From positions 14,751-78,750 of the forward strand of contig CAZVIP010000004.1 in assembly GCA_964627085.1 (NCBI GenBank): a stretch of DNA of 64,000 nucleotides, written 5' to 3'. Each line of letters opens with the position of its first letter. The stretch's first letter is position 1. Positions 1-9,103 of the stretch are shown here, piece after piece. Under the pieces are notes generated by a model. The model had not been told where the DNA came from. It made no database searches and was given only the letters and a program-made list of their open reading frames with translations. A program made the position numbers and the translations under genes. This stretch comes from an uncultured Candidatus Saccharibacteria bacterium (GTDB lineage: Bacteria; Patescibacteriota; Minisyncoccia; Phycocordibacterales; CAIZLB01).

Positions 1-1
1 C

Positions 2-511
2 AAAGCCATTGTCTATACTATGGGGCCACGTACTTTGTATAAATTATATAAACAGCGTGTCAGATGGACTGGTGGCTTTATCCAAAATACCCTCGATTAT
101 AAAAAGATGATTTTCAATCCGAAGTATGGAAACCTCGGTATTCTTGCACTTCCATTTATGATGTATGCGATTGTGGTAACACTTATCCTTTTCTTCCACA
201 GTATATTTTTGGTCGCGAAAGGCCTATTTGATTCATTTGAACAGGCTCGGCTTGTTGGATGGGAATTCTCTTTTTCATCATTTGACTTTGAGTCAATATT
301 GTATAGTCTAAAAATTCCTTTCTTCATTGGAATCATTATTACCGGCATGATTATTTTCGCTATCTGGTATGGAAAAAAGATTGCGGGAGTAAAGGATAAA
401 AAGATGATGGATATCGTGTATTTCTTGCTACTTTATTCATTCATTTCCCCTATTTGGACTATCACTTCGGTGTATAATACTATACGTCAAAGAGATGCAT
501 CTTGGAGGTAA
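2..511 (+). CDS. Glycosyltransferase family 2, C-terminal part (5' end lies outside the window)
   Basis: The frame is open from position 2. The QRVRW motif (the QxxRW signature of processive GT2 enzymes) is followed by several transmembrane helices. Confidence 0.55.
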   Translation, partial: KAIVYTMGPRTLYKLYKQRVRWTGGFIQNTLDYKKMIFNPKYGNLGILALPFMMYAIVVTLILFFHSIFLVAKGLFDSFEQARLVGWEFSFSSFDFESILYSLKIPFFIGIIITGMIIFAIWYGKKIAGVKDKKMMDIVYFLLLYSFISPIWTITSVYNTIRQRDASWR

Positions 512-621
512 CGGTTTGTGGTCTGCGCCATTGTTGCGACGGAAAAATGTTGCACATAAAAAACAGACCGCAGTCACCTCCGGAAAAATTAGAAATATTA
601 CTTATACATTAATTTAATTAC

Positions 622-1362
622 ATGACTGAAAGACAACCTATTGATTGGAAAAAATATATTCTTGCCTTTATCATCACATCACTTATCTTCGGATCAGTTC
701 TCTATGTGAATGGTATTTTTGAGCAAAAGCGTTTAGGTAATGCAAAACTTATTCGAGACCAGATTGCACTCGACCTCCTTTCATCTGAGACACAATTCAA
801 TCTACTCCGCGAAACATCATGTAGTAATATTTCTTCAAATGCACTCTCAGAGGAACTCAATTCCCTCTCTCGAACACTTGGGTATATGGAAGCGAATGAT
901 ACAAGCGGAACAAATCAAGAATTGGTATATCTCAAAAAATATTATTCTCTCCTTGAAATCAAAGACTATCTTTTGATGACAGAGCTACGTTCGAAGTGTG
1001 GACTTAAGCCTCTTTCAATTCTTTATTTTTATGGGAAAAAAGAGTTCTGTCCAGAATGCGAGAAAACTGAGACAGTATTAACTTTCTTGCGACAACAGTA
1101 CCCTGAACTACGTGTATATTCTTTTGACACAACACTTTCACTTTCTGCACTTGGAACTCTAACTTCAATATTTGATGTCAAAGATACTGAGCTTCCTGCA
1201 ATTGTAATTGGAAATCAGAAATACATAGGCTTCAAATCAATTGATGAAATCAAAGCACTCTTACCTGAACTCAAAAAGATCGACAAAGCACGCGCTGATG
1301 CAGAACAAAAGAAAAACACCGGAGCAACAACCGCAAAATCAACTGGAAACAAAAAACAATAG
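622..1362 (+). CDS. Membrane-anchored thioredoxin-fold protein with a CxxC motif
   Basis: N-terminal transmembrane helix, a CPEC (CxxC) motif inside a thioredoxin/glutaredoxin-like segment, and a Lys-rich tail. Confidence 0.4.
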   Translation: MTERQPIDWKKYILAFIITSLIFGSVLYVNGIFEQKRLGNAKLIRDQIALDLLSSETQFNLLRETSCSNISSNALSEELNSLSRTLGYMEANDTSGTNQELVYLKKYYSLLEIKDYLLMTELRSKCGLKPLSILYFYGKKEFCPECEKTETVLTFLRQQYPELRVYSFDTTLSLSALGTLTSIFDVKDTELPAIVIGNQKYIGFKSIDEIKALLPELKKIDKARADAEQKKNTGATTAKSTGNKKQ

Positions 1363-1438
1363 TACTCTCGAGAGTTGCGCACGCGTGCAACAGCACAGGC
1401 GAAACCACATTCACATAACATCTTAGCTCACATAAACT

Positions 1439-3562
1439 ATGAACAAAAAAAATATTGCTGGGAAAATTTCTTCTATAGCACTTATCACTTCAATTACTTT
1501 TTCAATTGGAGCGCAGGCTGTATTTGCTGGGTCAACAAGCTCAGTACTCATTCCTCAAAATTTTCGTTTCAATAACACATTGAGTGTCGGTCAATACAAA
1601 GACCCTGACGTGAAATACCTTAAGGCTTTTTTGAATGTGGATGGGCGGACCGCTCTTTCTACTATTGATCCTTGTATAAGTAGTGATCCAAATACTGATA
1701 TTTCTAGCAGTTTTGACACACGTACCAAGGATGCTCTCATACGATTCCAGAACCTCTATAGAGGCGAAATTTTGACCCCTGCGGGCCTAACCACTGCAAC
1801 TGGTGTCTTTGGTCTATATTCACGAAATAAGGTAAATGAGCTCCTACAAACACCTGCTTATACAGGTATTCGATCTGGTGCTTCTGCGAATGTTGTACCA
1901 AACAATACAGATGCGGTGAGTAATTATTACAACACTGTCATCAACTCACTTCTCGCAAGTACATCAAGAGCAACTGTTGCGACTACAACAACCTCAAACC
2001 CTATTGTCGATAACTATCTAAGCGCTGTAAACAGATCAATTGTGAGTGGTTATTCTGTTCTTGCAACCACAACTGCATCATCTACAAATAGCGGTGCAAA
2101 CAGTGGTACAAATGGAAATGTAAGCAACTCAAACAATAATTCAAGTCCTGCTTCTAATGCTGCAAGTGGCCAATTACCTACAAGCAATAACCCTGTCGTT
2201 AATCAATACTATAATTATCTCAATCAACTACTTGGAAGTAATTCACTCACTTCTGCAAATGCTTCAACACCGGCAAATACTGCAAGTACGACCGGAGTTA
2301 TAAGCACAAGTACAGCGGGGACAATTATTAATAGTACAAGTCTCAGTAATTCAAATAATGCTGTTGTCAGTAATTATTTGAATTACATTAATCAGACATT
2401 AAATAATGCTGGCTCAGGTACAGGACAAAACAACAACACTTCAAATCCTGTTGTTAATAATTATTTAAATACCGTCAGTCAAGTTGTCAGCAATACACCT
2501 GCTCCGTATTCTGCCTCAAACACAAATACCGCAACAGGCACGCTACCTGTACTTCTTGCAGTGAACCCTACAGTTGTCACAAATTGTGGAGATACAATCA
2601 CTATAGTTGGACAACGTTTTGCAACAACAAGTAATATCGTGCACGGAACACTTGGAGCTCTTGTTGCAACAACTACTAGAAGCTTTTCTACTGGATCTGA
2701 ACTCAGTGTTGATTCTGTCACATTTAGTCTCAAGCAGTTTAGCAACTACTATGGATTCCAAGCAGAAAACGCTGGTACCGTGCAGAACATCGCTATGCGT
2801 ATTTCTAGCGACAACAAAACTTCAGCACAGACAGCCGTGGTGCAATACGCTTTTCCAGGAGAAAGAGTGGTCAGAAATATCCCTCAAGCCCCAGAAGTTG
2901 CCATTCCAGAGCCTGGTATCACAGAGAGTGGAGCAAATGGCTCATCAGGCAAAAACTCCTCTGGTGGGGCAAATAAAGCCGCTGGGACAGGTATATTAAA
3001 CTCTATTGAAACAAAGGATCGCGAAGTATATGGCTACTCCCCACAAGGACAACTCCTCAAACTAATCGGTGGTGACAAAGCGGCCGACTTTGGATACAGT
3101 ATCAGCCCTTCTGGTCACCTACTACAGAAAATGCAAGGTAAACAATTTGGCCTCGAAAGTATCAAAAACGGCGGGACATCAAAGAGTGGAAACAGTAGTA
3201 ATTCGAGCAGTGGTATTCTCGGAGGGGTGCTCGGCGGTGTTGCAGGTGCAGCAGCTGGTGCAGCGGCTTCTACGGTTATTGGAAATTTCGGAGGTAGTCT
3301 CACAACCAACTTCTACTGTAACTGCAGTTTCAACAACCTTCTTATTGTTAAGGATGTTCGCGGTTGGGCACCTCAGCTTATGTATCAACCAGGTGCCTCT
3401 ATCTTATATTTGAACTACAACCTAACTCCTGGTGTGAACGTCCTTGGTAACTATGTCTCAGGAGGACAATGCTGGGTATACTCTGGATATACATGTGTGA
3501 CCTACGGAGCACCAACAGGAACAATCCTACAGATTGGTACATCTCTTACAGGTGGTAAGTAA
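1439..3562 (+). CDS. Large secreted protein: signal peptide, peptidoglycan-binding-like domain, Asn/Ser/Thr-rich repeat region, Cys-containing C-terminal domain
   Basis: Signal peptide MNKKNIAGKISSIALITSITFSIGAQAVFA. The block YKDPDVKYLKAFLN...FDTRTKDALIRFQ resembles PG_binding_1. An NPVVNNYLN-type motif recurs about five times in a low-complexity STN region. Confidence 0.5.
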   Translation: MNKKNIAGKISSIALITSITFSIGAQAVFAGSTSSVLIPQNFRFNNTLSVGQYKDPDVKYLKAFLNVDGRTALSTIDPCISSDPNTDISSSFDTRTKDALIRFQNLYRGEILTPAGLTTATGVFGLYSRNKVNELLQTPAYTGIRSGASANVVPNNTDAVSNYYNTVINSLLASTSRATVATTTTSNPIVDNYLSAVNRSIVSGYSVLATTTASSTNSGANSGTNGNVSNSNNNSSPASNAASGQLPTSNNPVVNQYYNYLNQLLGSNSLTSANASTPANTASTTGVISTSTAGTIINSTSLSNSNNAVVSNYLNYINQTLNNAGSGTGQNNNTSNPVVNNYLNTVSQVVSNTPAPYSASNTNTATGTLPVLLAVNPTVVTNCGDTITIVGQRFATTSNIVHGTLGALVATTTRSFSTGSELSVDSVTFSLKQFSNYYGFQAENAGTVQNIAMRISSDNKTSAQTAVVQYAFPGERVVRNIPQAPEVAIPEPGITESGANGSSGKNSSGGANKAAGTGILNSIETKDREVYGYSPQGQLLKLIGGDKAADFGYSISPSGHLLQKMQGKQFGLESIKNGGTSKSGNSSNSSSGILGGVLGGVAGAAAGAAASTVIGNFGGSLTTNFYCNCSFNNLLIVKDVRGWAPQLMYQPGASILYLNYNLTPGVNVLGNYVSGGQCWVYSGYTCVTYGAPTGTILQIGTSLTGGK

Positions 3563-3603
3563 AAATGCTTTAGTCCATACAGTACATAATCCTCAGAATA
3601 ATT

Positions 3604-3649
3604 AAACCCCTCACTCCGCAAGGAGTCAGGGGTTTAATTATATTTTTGG
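3604..3649 (+). terminator. Rho-independent terminator after the secreted-protein gene
   Basis: An 11-bp stem with one mismatch (cccctcactcc / ggagtcagggg), loop gcaa, followed by tttaattatattttt. Confidence 0.6.
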
Positions 3650-3722
3650 AGCCGCTTCCCAGATTCGAACTGGGGACCAACTGTTTACAAAACAGTTGCT
3701 CTACCAACTGAGCTAAAGCGGC
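3647..3722 (-). tRNA. tRNA-Thr (anticodon UGU), CCA encoded
   Basis: The reverse complement, gccgctttagctcagttggtagagcaactgttttgtaaacagttggtccccagttcgaatctgggaagcggctcca, folds as a cloverleaf. The anticodon loop is ttTGTaa. Confidence 0.85.
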
Positions 3723-3739
3723 AGTGGATGAACGTGAAA

Positions 3740-3768
3740 ATCATAGCATAATCTAATTCTGTTTTCAA
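3740..3768 (-). promoter_or_regulatory. Candidate sigma70-like promoter for tRNA-Thr
   Basis: On the minus strand: TTGAAA, a 17-nt spacer, then TATGAT, about 17 nt upstream of the tRNA 5' end. Confidence 0.35.
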
Positions 3769-3796
3769 GCAAAATAAGACTTGACGTAAGGCTATT

Positions 3797-4207
3797 TTAT
3801 TTATTCTTTATGTCTGTCTGCGCAATACCAACACCCTTTGGCACTGACCCTTTGTGACTCTCAATATGTCTAAAAAGGAAAGATACCGCACCTCTGTTTT
3901 TTGGCAAATCCTTGCCTGATGCAGCACTGGTAAATTTATCGAACTTTGCCGCAACTTTTTCTGCAATGTGCAAACTGAACTTCTCTAATCTCTCGGCGAT
4001 ATCATGCAATTTCCTTTTGATATAAACAGAGTCTACTGATTTGATATATGACAAAAAATCTGAATACCAGCCGTGAAGCTTTGTATCCAGATTTTCTGAA
4101 CCAATATAAAATATAGGACGACCTCGTTTGGCCTCTAGCTTTTTTCCATACCAAATGGCAAGAAGAAAAAATAAAGATGCGATAAATATAATCAAAGAGA
4201 TAATCAT
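3797..4207 (-). CDS. Hypothetical membrane-anchored protein
   Basis: N-terminal transmembrane helix and no recognisable motifs. Confidence 0.4.
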   Translation of the reverse strand: MIISLIIFIASLFFLLAIWYGKKLEAKRGRPIFYIGSENLDTKLHGWYSDFLSYIKSVDSVYIKRKLHDIAERLEKFSLHIAEKVAAKFDKFTSAASGKDLPKNRGAVSFLFRHIESHKGSVPKGVGIAQTDIKNK

Positions 4208-4224
4208 ATAGATTATGTAAAAAA

Positions 4225-4818
4225 CTATCGAAGTGTTGTGAAGCGTGCCATGTGAGAGACCTCAATCTTCTCACCGAATTTCTGAATAGCATTCTCAATC
4301 AACTGCTTGATTGTGAGATCCTGATTCTTGATGAATGGCTGTTCGAGGAGTACTTGTTCCTTGAAAAAAGCATCCAATTTACCCTGGAGGATTTTCTCCT
4401 GGAGGTCAGCAGGTTTGCCAACCACTTCTTCTTTGAAAAATTCGACAGCCTTTGCCTTTGCAGTTTCGTCGATCTGATCCATAGAAATATACTGTGGATT
4501 TGTAGCAGAGATATGCATAGCGATATCGTATGCGAGTGCCTTGAATTCAGTGTTATTTGAAACGAAGTCAGTCTCAGATGAGAGCTGAATCATAGCGCCA
4601 ATTGCCCCATTTGCATGTACATAGGCGGCGACTGAACCAGCTGTTAATTCTCGGTCAGACTTTTTAGCAGCAACATCTGCACCCTTCTTGCGAAGGAACA
4701 TCATTGCCTTTTCCTCGTCTCCACCTGCATCTTCGAGAGCCTTCTTGCATTGCATAATTGAAATGCCAGTCTTGTCTCGGAGTGCTTTTACCAAATCCAT
4801 TGATATTTCTGATGTCAT
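4225..4818 (-). CDS. tsf: Elongation factor Ts (short form)
   Basis: N-terminal UBA-like segment LVKALRDKTGISIMQCKKALEDAGGD and EF-Ts core motifs. It lies immediately downstream of rpsB. Confidence 0.9.
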   Translation of the reverse strand: MTSEISMDLVKALRDKTGISIMQCKKALEDAGGDEEKAMMFLRKKGADVAAKKSDRELTAGSVAAYVHANGAIGAMIQLSSETDFVSNNTEFKALAYDIAMHISATNPQYISMDQIDETAKAKAVEFFKEEVVGKPADLQEKILQGKLDAFFKEQVLLEQPFIKNQDLTIKQLIENAIQKFGEKIEVSHMARFTTLR

Positions 4819-4952
4819 AATATTTATTTTAACACATTAGTATGAATTAATAATCAACAAAGGATCAATTTTGATCAGTGATTTATATACCTATTCAATA
4901 ATTTTAAAATCGACTTGCAAGGCAAATCAATCTTGAGATTGATTGAGGTTTA

Positions 4953-5720
4953 TTATCGAGTGTGAGCAGGAGCTGCCGGTGCAGATGTATGAGCTGGTTC
5001 TTTGACGGCAGTTCGCTTAGCTTCTTTGTAAGCTTCTGCAATCTTCTGTGTAAAGAATTTGATACTGTCGATAGCTGTATCGTTTCCAACAATAGGATAT
5101 GTGATTTGACTGATATCGCAGTCAGAGCCACATAGAGCGACTACAGGAATTCGCTTGTCGAGGCATTCAGCAATAGCGATATGTTCCTTTTTTGAATCAA
5201 CCACAAACACAGCACCTGGGAGTGAGCTCATAGGAATAATTCCACCGAAAAGCCTGTTGAGTCTTTCGATTTCTTTATCAATCAATAGTCTCTCTCGCTT
5301 AGTGTATTTGTTAAGTTCACCTTTTTCTTTTTGACTTGTGAGATCAACAAGCTTTTCAACTCGCTTGCGGATGACTTCGAAGTTAGTGAAAGTTCCACCA
5401 ACCCATCGACTTGCAACATATGGCTGATCAACTGAATCAGCTGATTGCTTGATGATGTCTTTTGCTTCACTTTTGCCTCCCAAAAATAATACCTGCTTGC
5501 CTGTAGCTGCTACTTTTTTAATAAATTCTAAAGCTACTTCAAGCTGAGCATCAGTCTTTTCGAGGTCAAAAATTTCGATTTTATTTTTTGTACCGTAAAT
5601 AAATGGCTTAACAGTTGGGTGACGTCTAGACTTGATAAAGCCGTAATGTGCCCCAACCTTAAACATTGCCTCTACAGAGGCCTTATTTGTGTTTGTTTTT
5701 GATTCTGTATGCGCTGACAT
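4953..5720 (-). CDS. rpsB: 30S ribosomal protein S2
   Basis: Conserved S2 sequence HYGFIKSRRHPTVKPFIYG...ASRWVGGTFTNF, plus the rpsB-tsf gene order. Confidence 0.9.
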   Translation of the reverse strand: MSAHTESKTNTNKASVEAMFKVGAHYGFIKSRRHPTVKPFIYGTKNKIEIFDLEKTDAQLEVALEFIKKVAATGKQVLFLGGKSEAKDIIKQSADSVDQPYVASRWVGGTFTNFEVIRKRVEKLVDLTSQKEKGELNKYTKRERLLIDKEIERLNRLFGGIIPMSSLPGAVFVVDSKKEHIAIAECLDKRIPVVALCGSDCDISQITYPIVGNDTAIDSIKFFTQKIAEAYKEAKRTAVKEPAHTSAPAAPAHTR

Positions 5721-5777
5721 AGATAAGAACTAAGTTATCATATCTTGGCAGTTTGTACAAGGGGTTTTGACAAGGGT

Positions 5778-6788
5778 TTAATCCTCGTCCCCATCACCTC
5801 CAGAACCGAGGGTTCCAGCCTCACTCGCAGTTATCAAAGCCTCAATAATAGGCGAAATCTGCCCAAGCATAACATTCGGAAGATTGTGCCACGATTGCTT
5901 GATTCGGTGATCTGTTACTCTGTCCTGCAAAACGTTATATGTTCTGATTTTCTCAGATCTATCCCCTGTTCCAATTTGAGCCTTTCGGTCAGATGAGAAT
6001 TTACTTGCCTCTTCTTGTTCTTTTTGAAGTTGGATTTTGGCCATCAAAATAGAAAGGGCTTTTTCACGGTTTTTAAGCTGACTTCGCTCTGATGTACAAC
6101 GTACATCAAGACCTGTTGGTCTATGGATAAGCCTCACAGCAGTCTCTACTTTGTTTACATTTTGTCCACCAGCACCTCCCGAACGAGAAAGTTCCATCTC
6201 AATGTCCCCAGGATTGATTTCTACGGTTACTTTTTTGCGGATTGGCAATACAGCGATTGTGACTGTAGAAGTGTGTACACGGCCAGATTTTTCGGTTGCA
6301 GGAATTCTCTGGACACGGTGTGTACCAATCTCAAATCTAAAATATTTGTAAATTTCTTGGCCACGGAATTCAAAGGTTGCTTCTTTGAAGCCTCCGAGCT
6401 CACTCTCAGATATTGCCACATCATGGTATCCCCAGCCCTTTGATGCTGCATAACCTTTGTACATATTGATTAATTCTTCAGCAAAAAGCGCCGCCTCCAC
6501 ACCCCCGGCCCCGGCTCGTACTTCAAGGACAATTTCATTTGGATATTCGTCAGCTTTTTCTTCTTCTTTAACGATTTCTTTTATTTTTTCATGAATAGAC
6601 GTGAGTTGTTCCTCGATGGTCTTTTTTTCCTCTGCAACAAGCTCAGCCATGCCTTCATCGCCAGTACTCGCAGCATCCGCCACCATCTGGTCGAGGTCAT
6701 TTTTTTGTACCAAAACACGCTCGTATTCTTGAGCAAGATACGATGTCTTATAGTTTTCTTTAAATTGTTTTATTTCTTCTGAATTCAT
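5778..6788 (-). CDS. prfA: Peptide chain release factor 1
   Basis: GGQ motif ([11 protein letters not shown]) and the RF1-type PAT tripeptide (RVQRIPATE). It carries an unusual acidic Gly/Asp C-terminal tail. Confidence 0.85.
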   Translation of the reverse strand: MNSEEIKQFKENYKTSYLAQEYERVLVQKNDLDQMVADAASTGDEGMAELVAEEKKTIEEQLTSIHEKIKEIVKEEEKADEYPNEIVLEVRAGAGGVEAALFAEELINMYKGYAASKGWGYHDVAISESELGGFKEATFEFRGQEIYKYFRFEIGTHRVQRIPATEKSGRVHTSTVTIAVLPIRKKVTVEINPGDIEMELSRSGGAGGQNVNKVETAVRLIHRPTGLDVRCTSERSQLKNREKALSILMAKIQLQKEQEEASKFSSDRKAQIGTGDRSEKIRTYNVLQDRVTDHRIKQSWHNLPNVMLGQISPIIEALITASEAGTLGSGGDGDED

Positions 6789-6879
6789 GTTTTTGTTGAA
6801 AGTGATATGGCAATATATTTTGGCTCGGGAACCTGAAGATTATGTGCAAATCGGCGGAGAAATAATCAGGTAAAAGAAA

Positions 6880-6935
6880 AAGCAAGCCGTTTTTCAATTT
6901 AATGATTATATCATCATAATTGAGTGGCTTGCTCT
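6880..6935 (-). terminator. Candidate terminator after rpmE
   Basis: On the minus strand, a long hairpin (gcaagcc...ggcttgc) is followed by tttttctttt. Confidence 0.4.
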
Positions 6936-6945
6936 CTCTGGTAAA

Positions 6946-7185
6946 CTATTTCTTGTTTTCTTCAGCCTTCTTTTTTGTTGCAGCACTTGCAGCTCGAGCT
7001 TTGTTGAATTTTTCTACTCGTCCTGCTGTGTCGAGAACTTTCTCCTGACCTGTGTAAAATGGGTGGCAATTTGAGCAAATTTCAACTGAAACCGCATCTT
7101 TTGTTGATCCAATAGTGTATACAGACCCACATGCGCATGTGAATTTTGTATCATTATTATATTTTGGATGTATGTCTGCTTTCAT
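6946..7185 (-). CDS. rpmE: 50S ribosomal protein L31
   Basis: MKADIHPKY start, a C-x-C...C-x-H zinc ribbon, and a Lys-rich tail. Confidence 0.9.
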   Translation of the reverse strand: MKADIHPKYNNDTKFTCACGSVYTIGSTKDAVSVEICSNCHPFYTGQEKVLDTAGRVEKFNKARAASAATKKKAEENKK

Positions 7186-7367
7186 ATTTATTTTATTTGA
7201 AGCCTTTTTACTGCTTTACTACCTTTTTTGAGGTGAAAAACATAGCCTTTTAGTTGTTAGTTTATAGCATATATAGGAAAAAAGAGCAATTCCAACCGGT
7301 TTTGGGTGTTTTTCCCTTTAGTCCCTCCTTTTTCCTCTTTTTTTATTAGACCTTAAATTCCCCAAAC

Positions 7368-8165
7368 CTAATCTCTCAACCTCTCCATGTATACAGACAC
7401 AGTCCTTCGCTTATGTGGCTTGCCGTCGCGGACATGCTTATATGATTTCTTCATCTTGTAGATTTTGAAATATGGGACAAAGAGGTCAATAATCTCCCCT
7501 TCTGTAAAGACATGCTCAATACCCTTGGTGTGCGGGTGGATATATGAGTTTAGCTCTGGCTTGCCGTTTTCATCGCCGAGCTTTGGATTCTTTTGGATTA
7601 AATCTTTTGTGATTGGATGCTCGGCAATCATGCGCTTGGCATTGATATCGCCGTCGAGAATAAATGTTTTGAAAAAGAGCCATCCATATGGCTTGATAAC
7701 TCGCGCACATTCGGCGGCAAGTTTTTCACGGTCAGATTTCACGAGTTGATGTGACACCATCATATCGAGCACAACATCAACACTCTGATCAGCAAGTGGT
7801 AACACTTCCTCTGCTCCGATTTTTTTAAATTCTATTTTGAGGCCAGGGTTTCTGCGACCTGCCATCTGTTCCTCAGATAATCCTTCACCAGTCTTTGCTC
7901 GCTCAGCAAAAGCGCGTGCCTGCTCAAGCGCAACCTCTGAAATCTCAGTACCGAGACCATTCATATTAAACTGGTGACAAAGAGGAATGATGTTTCGTCC
8001 ATTTCCACAGCCAATATCAACAACAAAACCATGCTTTGGGAAAGCTGGCCATTCTGCATTTCGCTCTGCCCACTTCACGAACTCGAGTAAGTCCTGAGCG
8101 GGTTCCGTACTCATAGTGAGGTGTTCCGGGTTTTTGTACTCTTTATTCCAAAATTCTCTTGTCAT
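7368..8165 (-). CDS. Class I SAM-dependent methyltransferase
   Basis: Glycine-rich motif I (VVDIGCGNGRN) and a Rossmann-fold methyltransferase pattern. Confidence 0.6.
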   Translation of the reverse strand: MTREFWNKEYKNPEHLTMSTEPAQDLLEFVKWAERNAEWPAFPKHGFVVDIGCGNGRNIIPLCHQFNMNGLGTEISEVALEQARAFAERAKTGEGLSEEQMAGRRNPGLKIEFKKIGAEEVLPLADQSVDVVLDMMVSHQLVKSDREKLAAECARVIKPYGWLFFKTFILDGDINAKRMIAEHPITKDLIQKNPKLGDENGKPELNSYIHPHTKGIEHVFTEGEIIDLFVPYFKIYKMKKSYKHVRDGKPHKRRTVSVYMERLRD

Positions 8166-8250
8166 ATATTCCCTACGTTATGTTAAAAAGACATTTATGT
8201 CCAGTAATCTAAAAATGTTGTAATAAAAAAAAAGAAAACCGCCCCCTCGC

Positions 8251-8276
8251 CTAAACGAGGGTTTGGTTTCGTTTAG
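8251..8276 (-). terminator. Hairpin downstream of the 8304..8972 gene
   Basis: An 8-bp stem (ctaaacga/tcgtttag). On the minus strand a T-tract lies about 17 nt downstream. Confidence 0.3.
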
Positions 8277-8303
8277 CCGTAAGGCGCGGTACAATCATGC
8301 ACT

Positions 8304-8972
8304 TTATTCTCCTGCTGGTGTAGCAAGTAAGGAAGACATAATTGTGTCGTAAGGACCAAAGATCAGCAAATTAGCATTTTTGAGCAAGTTTCCAAGCTCC
8401 CTGCGCAATTCGACTTCAAGGACAGCAAAGAATTCCTCTGCACCTAGAGCACCACCAGCCTTTCCTTGTGTTAACTGTTCCCCGTCTTCAATTGAAAGGG
8501 CGAATCCGAGTTTTGGAGACCAGTTAGGTAGAGAGCGATCTTCGCTTTCAGGTCTAAAATACGAATCAAATAGTATTGGCCACATTCCACAGCCACCAAG
8601 CTCGTCTTCCAGGATGTATTTTGGAACTAATGGAATAAGCTGAAAAACCAAATCATGCCAAGCGCGTAGCAGGCAAAGCCCCGGGCAAACAGGGCGATCT
8701 GGATCTTCTTCTCTGGCTCCATAAACATCCACTCCATCATCCCTAAGTCCGAATGTAATAACCCATTCGCCACATTTATGCAGATGCAAACCTTCTTTAA
8801 TGTTGAACGGCTGGAGAATTCTGTTCTCTTTCTTGAGCAGCATATTGATGTATGCTGCGCAAGCTTTTAAATACCGAGTGTCCATCTTTTGAACCTTTCT
8901 TTTTTTTGATTTTTCTGAAATATAATGAGCGCCGATGTAATCATCTGTAGCGTCCAAAAAACATACTAACAC
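8304..8972 (-). CDS. Hypothetical protein in a GC-rich island; paralog of 15150..15671
   Basis: Shares the blocks YLKACAAYIN, CGEW..FG, LLRAW and G(M/I)WP(I/V)L with the 15150..15671 protein. The likely true start is the internal Met at 8885. Its GC content is higher than the flanking DNA. Confidence 0.5.
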   Translation of the reverse strand: MLVCFLDATDDYIGAHYISEKSKKRKVQKMDTRYLKACAAYINMLLKKENRILQPFNIKEGLHLHKCGEWVITFGLRDDGVDVYGAREEDPDRPVCPGLCLLRAWHDLVFQLIPLVPKYILEDELGGCGMWPILFDSYFRPESEDRSLPNWSPKLGFALSIEDGEQLTQGKAGGALGAEEFFAVLEVELRRELGNLLKNANLLIFGPYDTIMSSLLATPAGE

Positions 8973-9103
8973 GATATATCATCTTGTCAATATATTGAGA
9001 ATTTAGTATAAAACACTTAGATCAACTGCTTCAAATATCATTCTCCTCACCTAAATAGTTAGCGGACGTTTGAGTAATTAACAAAAGTAGACAAATGAAT
9101 TTA

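Noticed and set aside
2479-3413. Multiple short ORFs on both strands within 1439..3562
   Set aside because: They are embedded in the low-complexity STN-rich region of the long secreted-protein ORF and represent frame shadows.
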